Part shown: positions 1 through 11,342 of the stretch, in pieces
Numbering within the stretch: position 1 is the stretch's first letter
How the letters are laid out: each line of letters begins with the position of its first letter
Translations under genes and position numbers: made by a program
The notes under the pieces: generated by a model
What the model saw: the letters and a program-made list of their open reading frames with translations, nothing else
Databases searched by the model: none
What the model was told of the DNA's origin: nothing
Origin: Massalongia carnosa
Lineage: Eukaryota
Length of the DNA stretch: 64,000 nucleotides
Assembly (NCBI GenBank): GCA_965645245.1
Contig: OZ287077.1
Coordinates: 558,001-622,000 of the forward strand
Direction of reading: 5' to 3'

Positions 1-419
1 GGAGACAGAGTGGAAAGAGTCGGCTAGAAAGGAAGGTAGAGGTTTGTGTATTAGACTCAGAGCCTTGGGTTATTAAGGGAGGAAGCGGAAGGTGCAACAG
101 CGGAAAAAAACTAGATGGCTCCACTGAAGTTTTTTATACCAAACACGGAGCACATGTAAAATCTGGAAATCGAATGATAGACATGTGTTTCATTGCAGGC
201 TTGGGAATAAGCCGAACATTTGCTGCCATGGGTTTTTTACATGCTTGAAATCTTCACATGACTGCGCTTTTCCTTCATGAGTGAAATGGCATGAACTGCC
301 AGAGACTGGGGTTTGCGTTTACTTTTGCCACCATCGTTCCTTCCATACGCTTCCCCTCCAACGCCACACGCTCAAACTAACATAAAACCAACAGGATACC
401 TCTAGAGAATCCATGACCC

Positions 420-2865
420 TTACCTTTGACCACTATTGCGAAGCGACTCAACGCGGTGATTATTAGAGGGCCTTTGAAACCCAACCCATTTCCGGCGCAA
501 AGTCAGCATCGTGCCCTCTAGAGTCACAAATTCTTCCCACCCAGCCTGCGTCCAGTCTGTTGCAGCGGCTTCTCTTTGACTCCAAGCTACAGATTCACAA
601 GTCACAGCTTGTCGACGTCTTCTCTCCCTTTCGTCAATAATCTGTTCGACTATCCCACATCTCGTAGGCTCGTCCAACCGATCCAGAATGTGTTTAAGGG
701 TTGCGAAAGGCAATGATAGTAAAAGACTCGACAAGGTAATGTTTTCATCACTGGATTTTGCTGCGTTTTCCGAAGGATGATTGCCAAACTGAATCCGACT
801 AAGCCTCGATTTAACTAAAGGAGATCGACTGCCGGGAACGACGGGGAGCCTATCAATATCTGCCAGAGGTCTAGCTGATAAATCCAGCTTCCAGTCTTTT
901 GGGACTCCTTTAACGATGAAGTCTGCACATTGAAGTAGCAAATCCTTTGCATCAGGCGAAGAGATTCCATGCAGGGCTTCTGAGAATGGGTCTTCCGATC
1001 CGATGTTTGATCCGGCATAGTCGGAAATCATATGTTCGCTAGAACTAGGGGTGGTAACTATGTTTGTGGAATCATCAGAGAGGAAGGAGGAATTTTCGGT
1101 AGTGGCCGCTCCGGTGGTATCCGGACGTGACTCCAGGCTCAATCTACCCTGCAGGGCAAAAGATATAGCCTTTTCAATATTTTTCCAATTCAAAACACTT
1201 TTAGCAATGTATAAGCCCCAGGAGCTGACTTCTGGAAGCCCCAAGAGATTCCCAGATGCTATTACAGCTAGACAATTCTCCATCCAAGATACTGAGACCT
1301 CAATATTACTTTTCGGGGTATCCAGGGGAGAGCATTTGAAGTCCGTTATGGGCTTGCCATAACAAGATCGAAGTGCCGCTTCAATGGCCAACGGCGTGAT
1401 GAAACGATCCTTTGTTTGAAGTTGTAAACTTTTAACACTATTCTCATGGGGGCCAGAAGACTTTATCAACTCCCTTAATACAGGGCTCTGAGCAATAAGC
1501 AGGCCATGGAGCCAGAAGTCCACTATTTGAAGTTTGTAGATTTCGTTAGTGATTATCAAATGGTAATCTGCATGTTCTGTTCTATTAAATTGCTGCGTGA
1601 GATACCTGACTACACAGCGCACAGGCAGGGCTTCTATGCGCGCTGCTTGGTCTAGTTTGGCAGAGACGTCTTGTGTCCAGGTCTCGTCTTTGGGTTTGGC
1701 TGCAGGTTGCTCCGTTACTTCACGGTCTTCACTTGCTACCGATCGAGATTCTTCATGATTTTCAGTACTTTGTGAAGGGCTTTGATGACGAAATTCAAAA
1801 CAGGCCCCGGTGCTATATAGCAGGTTGATATTATTAGGATGGGTTAACTCATGAGAGATAATCTCCAAAGGGGTGGTTGTGCCCCTTGGTTCTTCTCCCT
1901 GATATTTCTCCAACATCATGTCAGGAATATGGCTCTCTACTTGATCAGAAAAGGAAGATGCCAGGAAGACATCTCTAGCATTTGTATTAGCTTTGCACTC
2001 AGATTGAGCAGGAGTGTGTTGAGAAGTTGCCGATCCTGCAGACGGCGGAAAAACCGGCTGCGTGTTGCCGTAACTGTAGCCCTGATAGAACGAATGGAAT
2101 GAAGCAGAATGGAGATGCTCTTCTTGAAAGGAGGTGTGCGGAAGCTGATTATGCGGGTGACATGAAGCCTCTGTTGGACATGGTGAAGTCTCCGCAGGTG
2201 GCGTGGGTTGAGCTTGAAAGCCGACGTACGGAATATGTCCGTATCCTTGGTATGACGAACTAATTGGTGATGATGTGTCATCAACAGGTGGTGTGGGATT
2301 CGTATGAAAAGTTGGCAGTTCAGGCGATGTGAATGTTAGTCCTGACGCATACGAACTTTCGTTGATAAAGCCTTGATAGGGATCTTGAGGAGCATTGTAC
2401 TGTCCATTTAAGGCTGGCGAGATATTAGACTGGTGTATAGGGTGTGATGAAGGATAAAAAGGTGGTGGTAAGTGGAAACCATGTCTTTCAATGCCAAAGT
2501 CTTCAACGAATGCGGCATTAGTGGGGGAATGAATGAACCAGCGTGCCGGAATGCTTACCTTCACTTCGGCTTTGAGAATCTTCAGATTTAGTCTTCTTAG
2601 TGCCAAATGCCGAGACCGTCTCGGGCTGTTCGTGTTCTAGTTTGCCAATTGCTTCTCTGACATCTTTGCTTTTTGTCTGACTTGACCGTGATGATTCACC
2701 TGGACTCTCAACTGGTGGCGCAATACAAATTGATTGCTGACTAGCCTTTGGCTTCAGGTTCCTCTCAAATTTCCTTGGGATTATGGGAATGATTGGCACC
2801 ATCCGCCGTAGCCGATCATTGTTTGGCCCATTTTGACCAGGCCCGTTCACTGCGAGCGCCGGCAT
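420..2865 (-). CDS. Conserved fungal protein with Pro/Ser-rich N-terminus and BTB/POZ-like domain (2 exons)
   Basis: ORFs 2518..2865 and 420..2606 join in frame through intron 2501..2558 (GTAAGC...CTAAT...AG). The segment HADYHLII...LHGLLIAQSPVLRELI resembles a BTB domain. Confidence 0.75.
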
Positions 2866-3336
2866 GACGCTGTATCACTACCCGCTAGTCTGTTTGTACT
2901 CAGCAAGAACAGTGCAAAATGAAGCGGACAAAACAGGGACTTAGGATAAGTCAATAAGGAGTGTCCTGTATTTTAGTATGGAGTTGTGACCACCAACGCT
3001 GGAGCTGAGCTTCAAAAAGTCGACTCACCGAGAGTTTATTTTGGATGCCCCGCCGCTAACTACCTGCCCCACGCACGCCCAGCTAATTGCCGATATCAGA
3101 TCGGCATTTCGGCGTTTCATTTCTCCTTTATCTTCTACTTCCATGCCCCCACGAACGTTTTTCAATAGAGGTTAGTTATACGTTCGAATCACTAAGTTAG
3201 AAACTATTAATAGATGTGCGGCCGCCAACTCTTCTCAAGCCGTACTGATTTGATTTAAATGCGCACAGCCTGCATATTCCTTTACTCAACTCTCCCAAGA
3301 TCCAATATTCGATCTCTACGAATCTGTTAGATCAAC

Positions 3337-4380
3337 ATGGGAAATGACGGCGGCAGGTCTAGTATATCCTAACCAGGATCTACTGTTCTCTACTAACACA
3401 TCCAAATAGTATTCCAACTAGACGAGAGTTAGTCAAGGAAGCAGCTCGGGACCCTTCAACCACCCAAGTTAAAGAAACCCAAACCGAGCAACAGCAATAT
3501 CACTGGACTACCTGTCCGCTATCACATCAACCCCTACGTGCGCCAATCGTGTCGGACTCATCGGGATTGCTATATAGTAAAGATGCGTTGCTCGAGTACC
3601 TGCTGGAAACGGGGCTGAGGGCAACACAAGGCGATGATCCCGGCAACGAAGAAGTGGTCAGTTCCCGCGTGAGAAGTCTTCGAGATGTTGTAGAAGTAAA
3701 ATTGCAGGTGGAAGAGATAATCCAATCGGAACAGTCGAAATCATTGGAGTACATGACTTCCCTAAAGTGGGTTTGCCCGATTACCAAGAAAAGATTGGGA
3801 CCTGGAGTAAAGGCTGTTTACCTAGTTCCTTGTGGGCACGCATTTCTGGAGAGTGCTGTTAGGGAGATATCGGGAGAGAATTGCCTACAGGTAGGTGGTG
3901 TGGGGCTTCTGCTTGGGTAGATGCTAAGCTTTGCAGTGTAATGAACCCTACACGGCTGAGAATGTAATTCCAATACTACCATCTTCAGTTGCAGAGAAGC
4001 AGCGTCTCAAAGAGCGTGCGCAAATATTAAAAGGAAAGGGCCTAACGCATTCGTTGAAGAAAGCTACAGGCGAGGGAAAGAAAAGAAAAAAGAATATCAT
4101 CAAGGCTAAACCTTTGATTTCTGACGCGACTCAAGATGATTTGATAATATCAGCAGATGCTGGCAAAATTGCCGCGATGCTTGAAGGCAGCATCAAAAAT
4201 GAGGAAACGGCCTTACTGACGGCCAAAGTCCTGGCTGAAGAACAAGATCGGAGTAAAAGGCGCAAGGTTGGTACGAATGACAATCTCAAGAGCTTATTCT
4301 CCTCGAGAAACGGGATGGCGGAGAAGCACACAGACTTCATGACCCGAGGATTCTCGATTCCAGCTGGGGCAAAGAGATAA
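3337..4380 (+). CDS. RTF2: Replication termination factor 2 (Rtf2 RING-like) homolog, 3 exons
   Basis: N-terminus MGNDGGSIPTRRELVK, with WTTCPLS and CPIT...YLVPCGHAF...CLQC motifs. Introns at 3357..3409 and 3891..3936. Confidence 0.93.
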
Positions 4381-4995
4381 GAGAAGGAGAATTAGCAGGC
4401 GTTGATCTAGGAGATTCAAGGCGGAGTCGACATTTAGTCTGGGGGTTTTCTAGGACTCGAACAGAGACATTTTTGCTTTCTTCGTCGGTTTTGTCGCCTG
4501 AAATAACCTCAGTGTGCCTTGAGCTGTACAATTGAAAATTGAAACCCAAAGATTCATAATGTCAACTCTGGACGTTAGGTTATCTCCCTCACCTACCCTA
4601 AGTTTGGGAAGGTTTTCATTTTATATGCCGGCTTTCAAAAAGACAGCTATACTATTGGGAGCTTATCCTCTGGTCATATGCAGAATAACTTCTGTTGGCG
4701 TCGCATTTACTATCGCCGATTGGGAAAGAAGAATTCGATATTATTTCCTATCTTAGCTTACAGAATTTACGCCACCAAGTAATGCAAAGAGGGATCCAAT
4801 ATTCCTTTCGCCTCATTTCTCGTTTTGGGTTGTAAGTAGTTGGAACATAACTAATATTTATACTCTATGTATCGGCTCTCGGGCTGCATTTTTGACATGT
4901 CCCTAGGCCTCTGTTTCCAGTTTACTTATTTATAACCCTTGAAACCTTTTCTTTTTTTCTTACCAGTCCTATCGTTGCATCTGACCTTTGACCTC

Positions 4996-5994
4996 ATGTT
5001 TATTACGAGACTTGTTGCTTACGCTGTGCTTGCCAGTATACCAGATCTGACTAATGGCAAAATGCAAATCCTTGGCCTGGCAGATCTAAGCTGCTTAGTC
5101 GTGACCCGGATGGGCAAAGCTCAGTGCTGCTGCAATGGCTGTGGTTCCACCACTTGGGGCACCTTCTGCGACGGAGATCTTGACAGTGTCCAAGGCTGTG
5201 ATGGTAACTAGATCTTGAGCTATTTACCACCCGCTGAGACAAGAAAATCGGAGCTGATCACAACCGGGGAAATATATTACTTCCCTGGGAAATGCAGTCT
5301 GACAACCTGGAAATATATCTACAGTTGCTGCACCTGTCCGGCGAGCTGTATGGTTTATCAGCGGAAAGGGAAGCCGAACCCAAATTGCAATCATAGTGCC
5401 TTATGCATTGGCTACACCGAACCCAACGAGAAGCTCACAGGAACCTTCCCAAGCTTTAGCTGTATAAAGAATGGAAATTGCAAGCTCAGCGCTGCCGGGC
5501 TGTCGGAGTTTAAATCAGCGGAGACCTTTAGCGCTAAGTACTACTACATCAACAACCATAAGACAATCGGTATAGCTCAGAACACTGCCTTCACCTTTGA
5601 TGAGTGCTTAATTTCTGATTGTATAGGTTACGGCCACGGCTGCAACGAGTAAAAGGACTGCACCAATATCCACGAAACCCTCAGCCTGTCCCAAGGTCTA
5701 ACGCTACTCGCCAAAGACATGGGACAATTCGAAAAATGCGTTGGAAAGCTTCCGAACACGGCCGAGCTCAACCCAAACCAGTTCTCGGCACTCATAAGCT
5801 TTGCATACAATTCTGGCTGCGGCGGAGTTTCTAAATACTTCAAATCTTTCATGACGAAGGACTTCAAGGGTATATGTACTGCCTTGCCCAAAATGAATAT
5901 AGGTAATAATAAGCTCACGGATGGACTTTTGGCAAGGCGAAAGAAAGAGGCAGCGCTTTGCTCAACACCCACAACTACCACTTCGGGATGTTAG
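4996..5994 (+). pseudogene. Secreted Cys-rich protein with C-terminal GH24 (phage-type) lysozyme domain; apparently disrupted
   Basis: Signal-peptide-like start MFITRLVAYAVLAS and a Cys-rich N-terminal region. GH24 motifs E...KTIG|YGH (intron 5570..5626), LNPNQFSALISFAYNSG and GLLARRKKEAALC. In-frame TAA at 5650..5652. The intron starting at 5204 has no in-phase AG acceptor. Confidence 0.75.
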
Positions 5995-6385
5995 ATTGAT
6001 TTTCCGCGACTGTCAGCATACGAGGCGTGCGGAAAAAATCTATAGTGGCTGGTTCTACAGGAGTATTCGATTATCTAACGGATGATAACTTTTATGTATG
6101 CAGCTATCATGGAAGAACTCGGAATAAAACTTTATAACAAAGAGGTTTAAGCAAATGCAGATATATGTGATATAGTGTGATCAGTTTACAATGAGTCTAG
6201 TTAGGCAGGTATTGTTGGTAACACGAAATCTGAGCGGAAAAGGGTTCTTGTATGTAACTAATTATACGGAAAACCGGGTTTTCTGCCGAGGTTGGAGCGA
6301 TCTGATTTACACAAGTGAAATGACAGTTTGGGTGGGTACTGTAGGGTTTTAGACTCCAAGTTTTAGGTTGATTACGCACTCAACA

Positions 6386-8206
6386 ATGAGAAAGCTCGAC
6401 TCTTTCTTGGTGCTCAGCTCAGCTATTAGTTCAACTATAGCTGCTGAAGCGCCTCGACCACGGGGCGTGGGCCCAGAGTGTAGGCTCATAACTACATTCG
6501 CGGTCAATAGTGGATGAATTAATGCTAATTGAACTCTTTAGTCGCAAAATACTACAAGCCCTCCGATGAGTTTACATGCATATCGAATCCATCAATTAAG
6601 CTCGATATATCCCAAGTGAACGACGATTACTGTGACTGCCCTGATGGCTCCGACGAGCCGGGTACTTCGGCCTGTTCGTATCTTTCGGACCTCTCGCCTT
6701 CATTCCCAAGCGATGTTATAATACGGGACTCCAACTCGTCGCTCGCTTTGCCAGGCTATTATTGTAAAAACAAAGGTCATCAACCAAGCTACATACAATT
6801 CCTCAGTGTGAACGATGGGGTTTGCGATTATGAGTTCTGCTGTGATGGAAGCGACGAATGGGCCAAGGTTGGGGGGAAGGCATGCGAGAATAAGTGTAAG
6901 GAGATTGGAAAGGAATGGCGGAAGCACGACGAGCAAAGACAGAAGTCCGTGGGGAATGCCGCAAAGAAAAGGAAAGAATTAGTTGTTGCAGCCTCGCGGT
7001 TGAGAAAGGAGGTCGAGGACCGCATTCAGACGTTGGGTACTGAGATAGAAGGGTCAACCATGAAAGTTAAAGACCTGGAAGCCGCGCTCGCAGATGTCGA
7101 GAAGAGAGAGAGGGGAAAGGTAGTAAGAAGCCCGGGAAAGGGAAGCAAAATCTCCGTGTTGGCTGGGCTGGCAAAGGATAGAATAGAGGAGCTGAGAGGA
7201 GCATTGCTGGATGTGCGGGCGCAGCGTGATATCGCAAAGGGAAGGACTGCAGAACTGGAGGCGATCTTATCAACGTTCAAGGAGGAATACAATCCTAATT
7301 TTAACGACGAAGGTGTAAAGAGAGCGGTTCGTAACTGGGAAGAGTACGCTGCTCGAGACAAGATCGCAGACGGAGACGTTGCTCGCGATCGAGACTTGGA
7401 TGAGATTAGCAAGCCTGACGCGGAATCGGGAGCAATTCAATGGAGTGATTGGGAAGAATCCGATGCGAGCGATGTGGATGTTCGTACGTATTCAGCAAGC
7501 ATGGTTCTCGTTGGGGATTGGATTCGTTAACTGACCGTGCCAAGTCTACAAGATTGAAGAATATCTTCCCAAGTCGGTCCGCGACTGGGTGGATAGGAAA
7601 CTACGGGACCTACGGGTTGTTCTGGTCGAGAATGGCATTCTCGCTGCCTCTCGCGATTCGGGATCGGAATCAAAAGATGTGGCCAAGGCCCGCGACAGCC
7701 TGAAAGCAGCCGAGAATGACCTGAACAGCAACCAGGACCAACTCAAGAATCACCAGGAGGATTTGCAAAAAGACTACGGGCAGGACGACGTGTTCCGCGC
7801 TCTTAAAGGCCGATGTGTCTCGAAGGACTCCGGGGAATACATTTACGAAGTCTGCTGGCTCGACCGGACCACGCAGAAATCCAAAAAAGGCGGGTCCGAA
7901 ACGGGCATGGGCAATTTCGTGCGCATCGATTCCATCGCCGTCGACGAGGAAGTGCCCCCGGACGGAAAGGGGCTGGGGTCGGGCCCGCGCGTGGCGCTGA
8001 GGTATGAGAACGGGCAACATTGCTGGAACGGGCCAAACCGCAGCACGCTCGTCGTGCTGGCTTGCGCGGAGACGGACGAGGTTTGGAAGGTGGTCGAGGA
8101 GGAGAAGTGCATGTATCGGATGGAGGTGGGGACGCCGGCGGTGTGTGGGATTACGGTTGGGGGGCAGGAGGAGCAGGTGGCGGCGGCTGCGAAGGATGAG
8201 TTGTGA
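6386..8206 (+). CDS. GTB1: Glucosidase II beta subunit (PRKCSH/Gtb1), 3 exons
   Basis: Signal peptide, RPRGVGPE, VNDDYCDCPDGSDEPGTSAC, coiled coil, MRH domain (GQHCWNGPNRS) and C-terminal KDEL. Introns at 6480..6541 and 7484..7544. Confidence 0.96.
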
Positions 8207-9255
8207 GGGAATTGACCAGCTACGTAACCGTGTTTTTCCTTGCTTGCTTGCTGGCGTTGTGACGTAAAAATAATCGAGGGTCAGCTCGTTTGAAATATAG
8301 ATAGGTTGATAGATACGATTCCGTTTCGAACCTCGCTGCCCGGCTGATGGTGCTATCGTTTGATCCGCCTCCCAAAGCTCTATCTAGCTGAGGCAGATAC
8401 ATACTCCAGAGAGCGACCTCACCTGACTCTAACTCCACCCCGCCCCTTCAACTAAAAGTACTCTCCCTGCTGTATGCTCATAAATCCACACTCTCATCAA
8501 ATGCGACTCATTTCTCTCGGATGAACGTTGCCATCGAACTAACGATCGCACACTTAACTTTTGTGAACCATCGCCTCGTCGCAACCCCCATACGGTGAAG
8601 GGAGTATTACGCTTTCACTTATCAAAGTCCCTTCCCCAACGCTGGCTTTACTGACATTCCAAACTTTCCCACCGAGAAAAACTGCCTTTCTTCCTTAACT
8701 TTACCCCCCCTACCCCTCGGTTACGGTAGTGATGTTACCATTAAGTCCACCCCCCCAAATACCCCTTCCCAACCCCCCCCCGGGACCGCCCTGGCTACCA
8801 AACGTAGGCAAGCGTGTGTGCATGCCTGCCTGTGGCTGACTCTTTTCCCCTGAACCAGGAACCACCTATGTGCATGTGCGTGCGTGCGGGTGTGCGGTGT
8901 ACGTGATGAAAGGGAGATGCAGCAAAAACGCAGGCGCATACGGAGTAGTTAGGTATGTATGTATCGACTTCCTTTGCGCCTTCATGCTTCATCGTTGCGT
9001 TTGCCCGAACGAGAGGTAAAGGGGAAGGGGAGCTTGCTGGTAGGTATTGTACATGCCTACTACGGAGAGAGGTACGAGTACACCTAGTAGGTATGTGGTG
9101 GGGAGAGGAAGGGCAGTTATCTACACGCTTATCTGCAGGGAGCCGCTACAAGCAGGAGCCCTTGATACGGGGTTGGGAGTGCGTCTTTTGAGGGAAGCAA
9201 GGGATTGTGAGCTTTATGCTGTGTATGAGCAAAGTGCAAGAGCAAAAGCAAGAGT

Positions 9256-9300
9256 ATGAGCATGAGCATGAGCATGAGCATGAGCATGAGCATGAGCATG
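9256..9300. repeat. Microsatellite (ATGAGC)x7.5
   Basis: Perfect hexamer tandem repeat seen directly. Confidence 0.95.
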
Positions 9301-9839
9301 TTTGTGGATGGCTATGTTGGCATGAAAGATAAGTGCTCTCTGTATCTTGAAGTACATGGGGGAAGGGTTTGGCCAATCGCTTAGCCTGAGCACTGAGTTG
9401 GTGCAGAGTAGGTGGGTATTTCGTTGAGAAGATCGTCCGAGACATGTAAGTAGCAAACTTCCATGGATTGAATACAGAGGGAGGGGGTGTTTGGGTTACA
9501 TTTGGATGGCCCGACATCGAGGTCGATAATAAAGTAACTAGCTGTGAGAGCGCTGATGCGAAGTTGTTTCCCTCGACTTATGAACGTAGTTGAAGAACTC
9601 TGGATGGGTGGTGATGACGATGTCTTCGTTCTTTGTTCTTCCGTTCACAGTCCAATTGGCACCGATTGACACCAGGAAAGCCCCAGCATTAAAGTAAGTA
9701 GATTCCGGGGTGCAGCTTTGACGGTCTCTAATTGGCTGGAACTTCTACCCACTTTCCCCCCTTCAACTCCCTTCAGCTGATCCCTTCATTTGCTAGTGTC
9801 TCCCCCCCAGCCCCTGTCCCGGGCCCTGCCCTACTCCCA

Positions 9840-9875
9840 CCCCTACCCCTACCCCTACCCCTACCCCTACCCCTA
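9840..9875. repeat. Microsatellite (CCCCTA)x6; G-quadruplex-compatible on the minus strand
   Basis: Perfect hexamer tandem repeat; the minus strand reads (TAGGGG)6. Confidence 0.9.
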
Positions 9876-11342
9876 CCTCCCCCCAATCTAATTTTAATCG
9901 CGTAGTCCCATATCATCCGTGACTGGTCAATGGATGTAATCCACTGACGACGCCGTTCGCAGGCGGGGATCTGGGTGGGTAGCGCTACGTCTCGCACCTC
10001 GGGGCCGGCTCTCCTGACAGGCCTATCGGACGCTCCCGTACGAGTCTCGGGTCCCCCCCTTTTGTCTCGGGGGATCATCGGTGACGGATCGTCGTTTTCG
10101 GTCCGGATCAGGGTGCAGTGCAGAGTGGTGTGCAAAGTGCAGTGCAAATGCAGTGTGGGTGATGAAGGTGAATATGTGGAGGAATCGTCGCAAGAGTATG
10201 GATTTATTCGTATACGGGATGGTGGAGAGCGATACTTCCCACGAGGTACCCCTGAGTCTAGGGGCTGTTGTTGGTTCAGCGCACCAAGTGGCCATAACAC
10301 ACCCAGAAGCCCCCTCCCTCGGAATGCGAGAGGGAGAGAACCTCCAACGTCGGTTTGATGTTTCCTTCATGACGAGAGAGATCGCTGCATCAACACGACG
10401 ACCCGTTTGAGGAAACGGAAGATTAGCAGTCATCTCTGCCACCTGGGGACCTTTTCTTCCGGCGATTCTTCAATCCGTACCGCATCTTACCCCATCGCAC
10501 CGGATGTTTTAATCTTGTACGAGGCAAGTCATCGCCCTGAACACGTCCCAGACGGCTTCATCTTCGAAATTAAGTTACGATAAACCACGGCTCGCGGACA
10601 CGCGCACCCTGCGTCCCTGCGCACCACGAGAAGTTGCATTCCCGGCAAAGCACATCTCCACTCGATCTACCAACTCAGGCTAACCTGCTCGGACCGGACA
10701 GCCTAGTTGTAAATCCTCAGCCTCGCCACTAGACCCTTTCCATCCCAATCCCTCCCTCCTCCAAAATTGCAACATTTCGAACTTCGAACGGGGTGCAGCG
10801 ACTTCAGTCCCTTCCCCTCACGCTTCCACAGCACTCACTCTGATCATTCACCACACGCTCGCTATTAGTTCTGTTAGACTCGTACCATTACAAATCATCG
10901 CACTTGCCGGCAAAAAAAGGATCACGTTCAGGATCTTCCTTGCGCCATTACCCTAACAGCGGTCTTCATTCTCTATCGCCAGTCGCGTGAAATTAGCGAC
11001 CAGGCCAACGCTCTCTACCTCACAGAAATCCACTGCAAAACCCAGGTCCTCGTCACGATTCGTTCCTTATTCCACCTGCGTCTTTCGAAACTCATGCAGC
11101 AGGCTGCATACTCCGACGCGATTACATTGGTTGTGGAGAGCATACCACTGCCGCCGTCCCAACGTTTTCTTTTGACTGTTGAACCCCTCAGGATAGCAGA
11201 TTCAACGATTCGGATCGGATTGGGTGAGCGAGAGGGGAGGAAGTTATCGGTGGGTGCAAAATCACCTCGTATATCACGAGCTGTACGCTGATGCTCCGAA
11301 GTCTGTCCCTTTTAGAACCGAAATCGAACCTCCGAAGTCATC

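Noticed and set aside
9840..9875. Interstitial telomere or chromosome end
   Set aside because: The unit is CCCCTA, not CCCTAA, there are only six copies, and it is flanked by ordinary genes.
9773..10442. Overlapping 110-175 aa ORFs upstream of the 1324-aa gene
   Set aside because: They mostly have non-ATG starts, include a repeat-derived GR run, and show no recognisable domain or splice structure.
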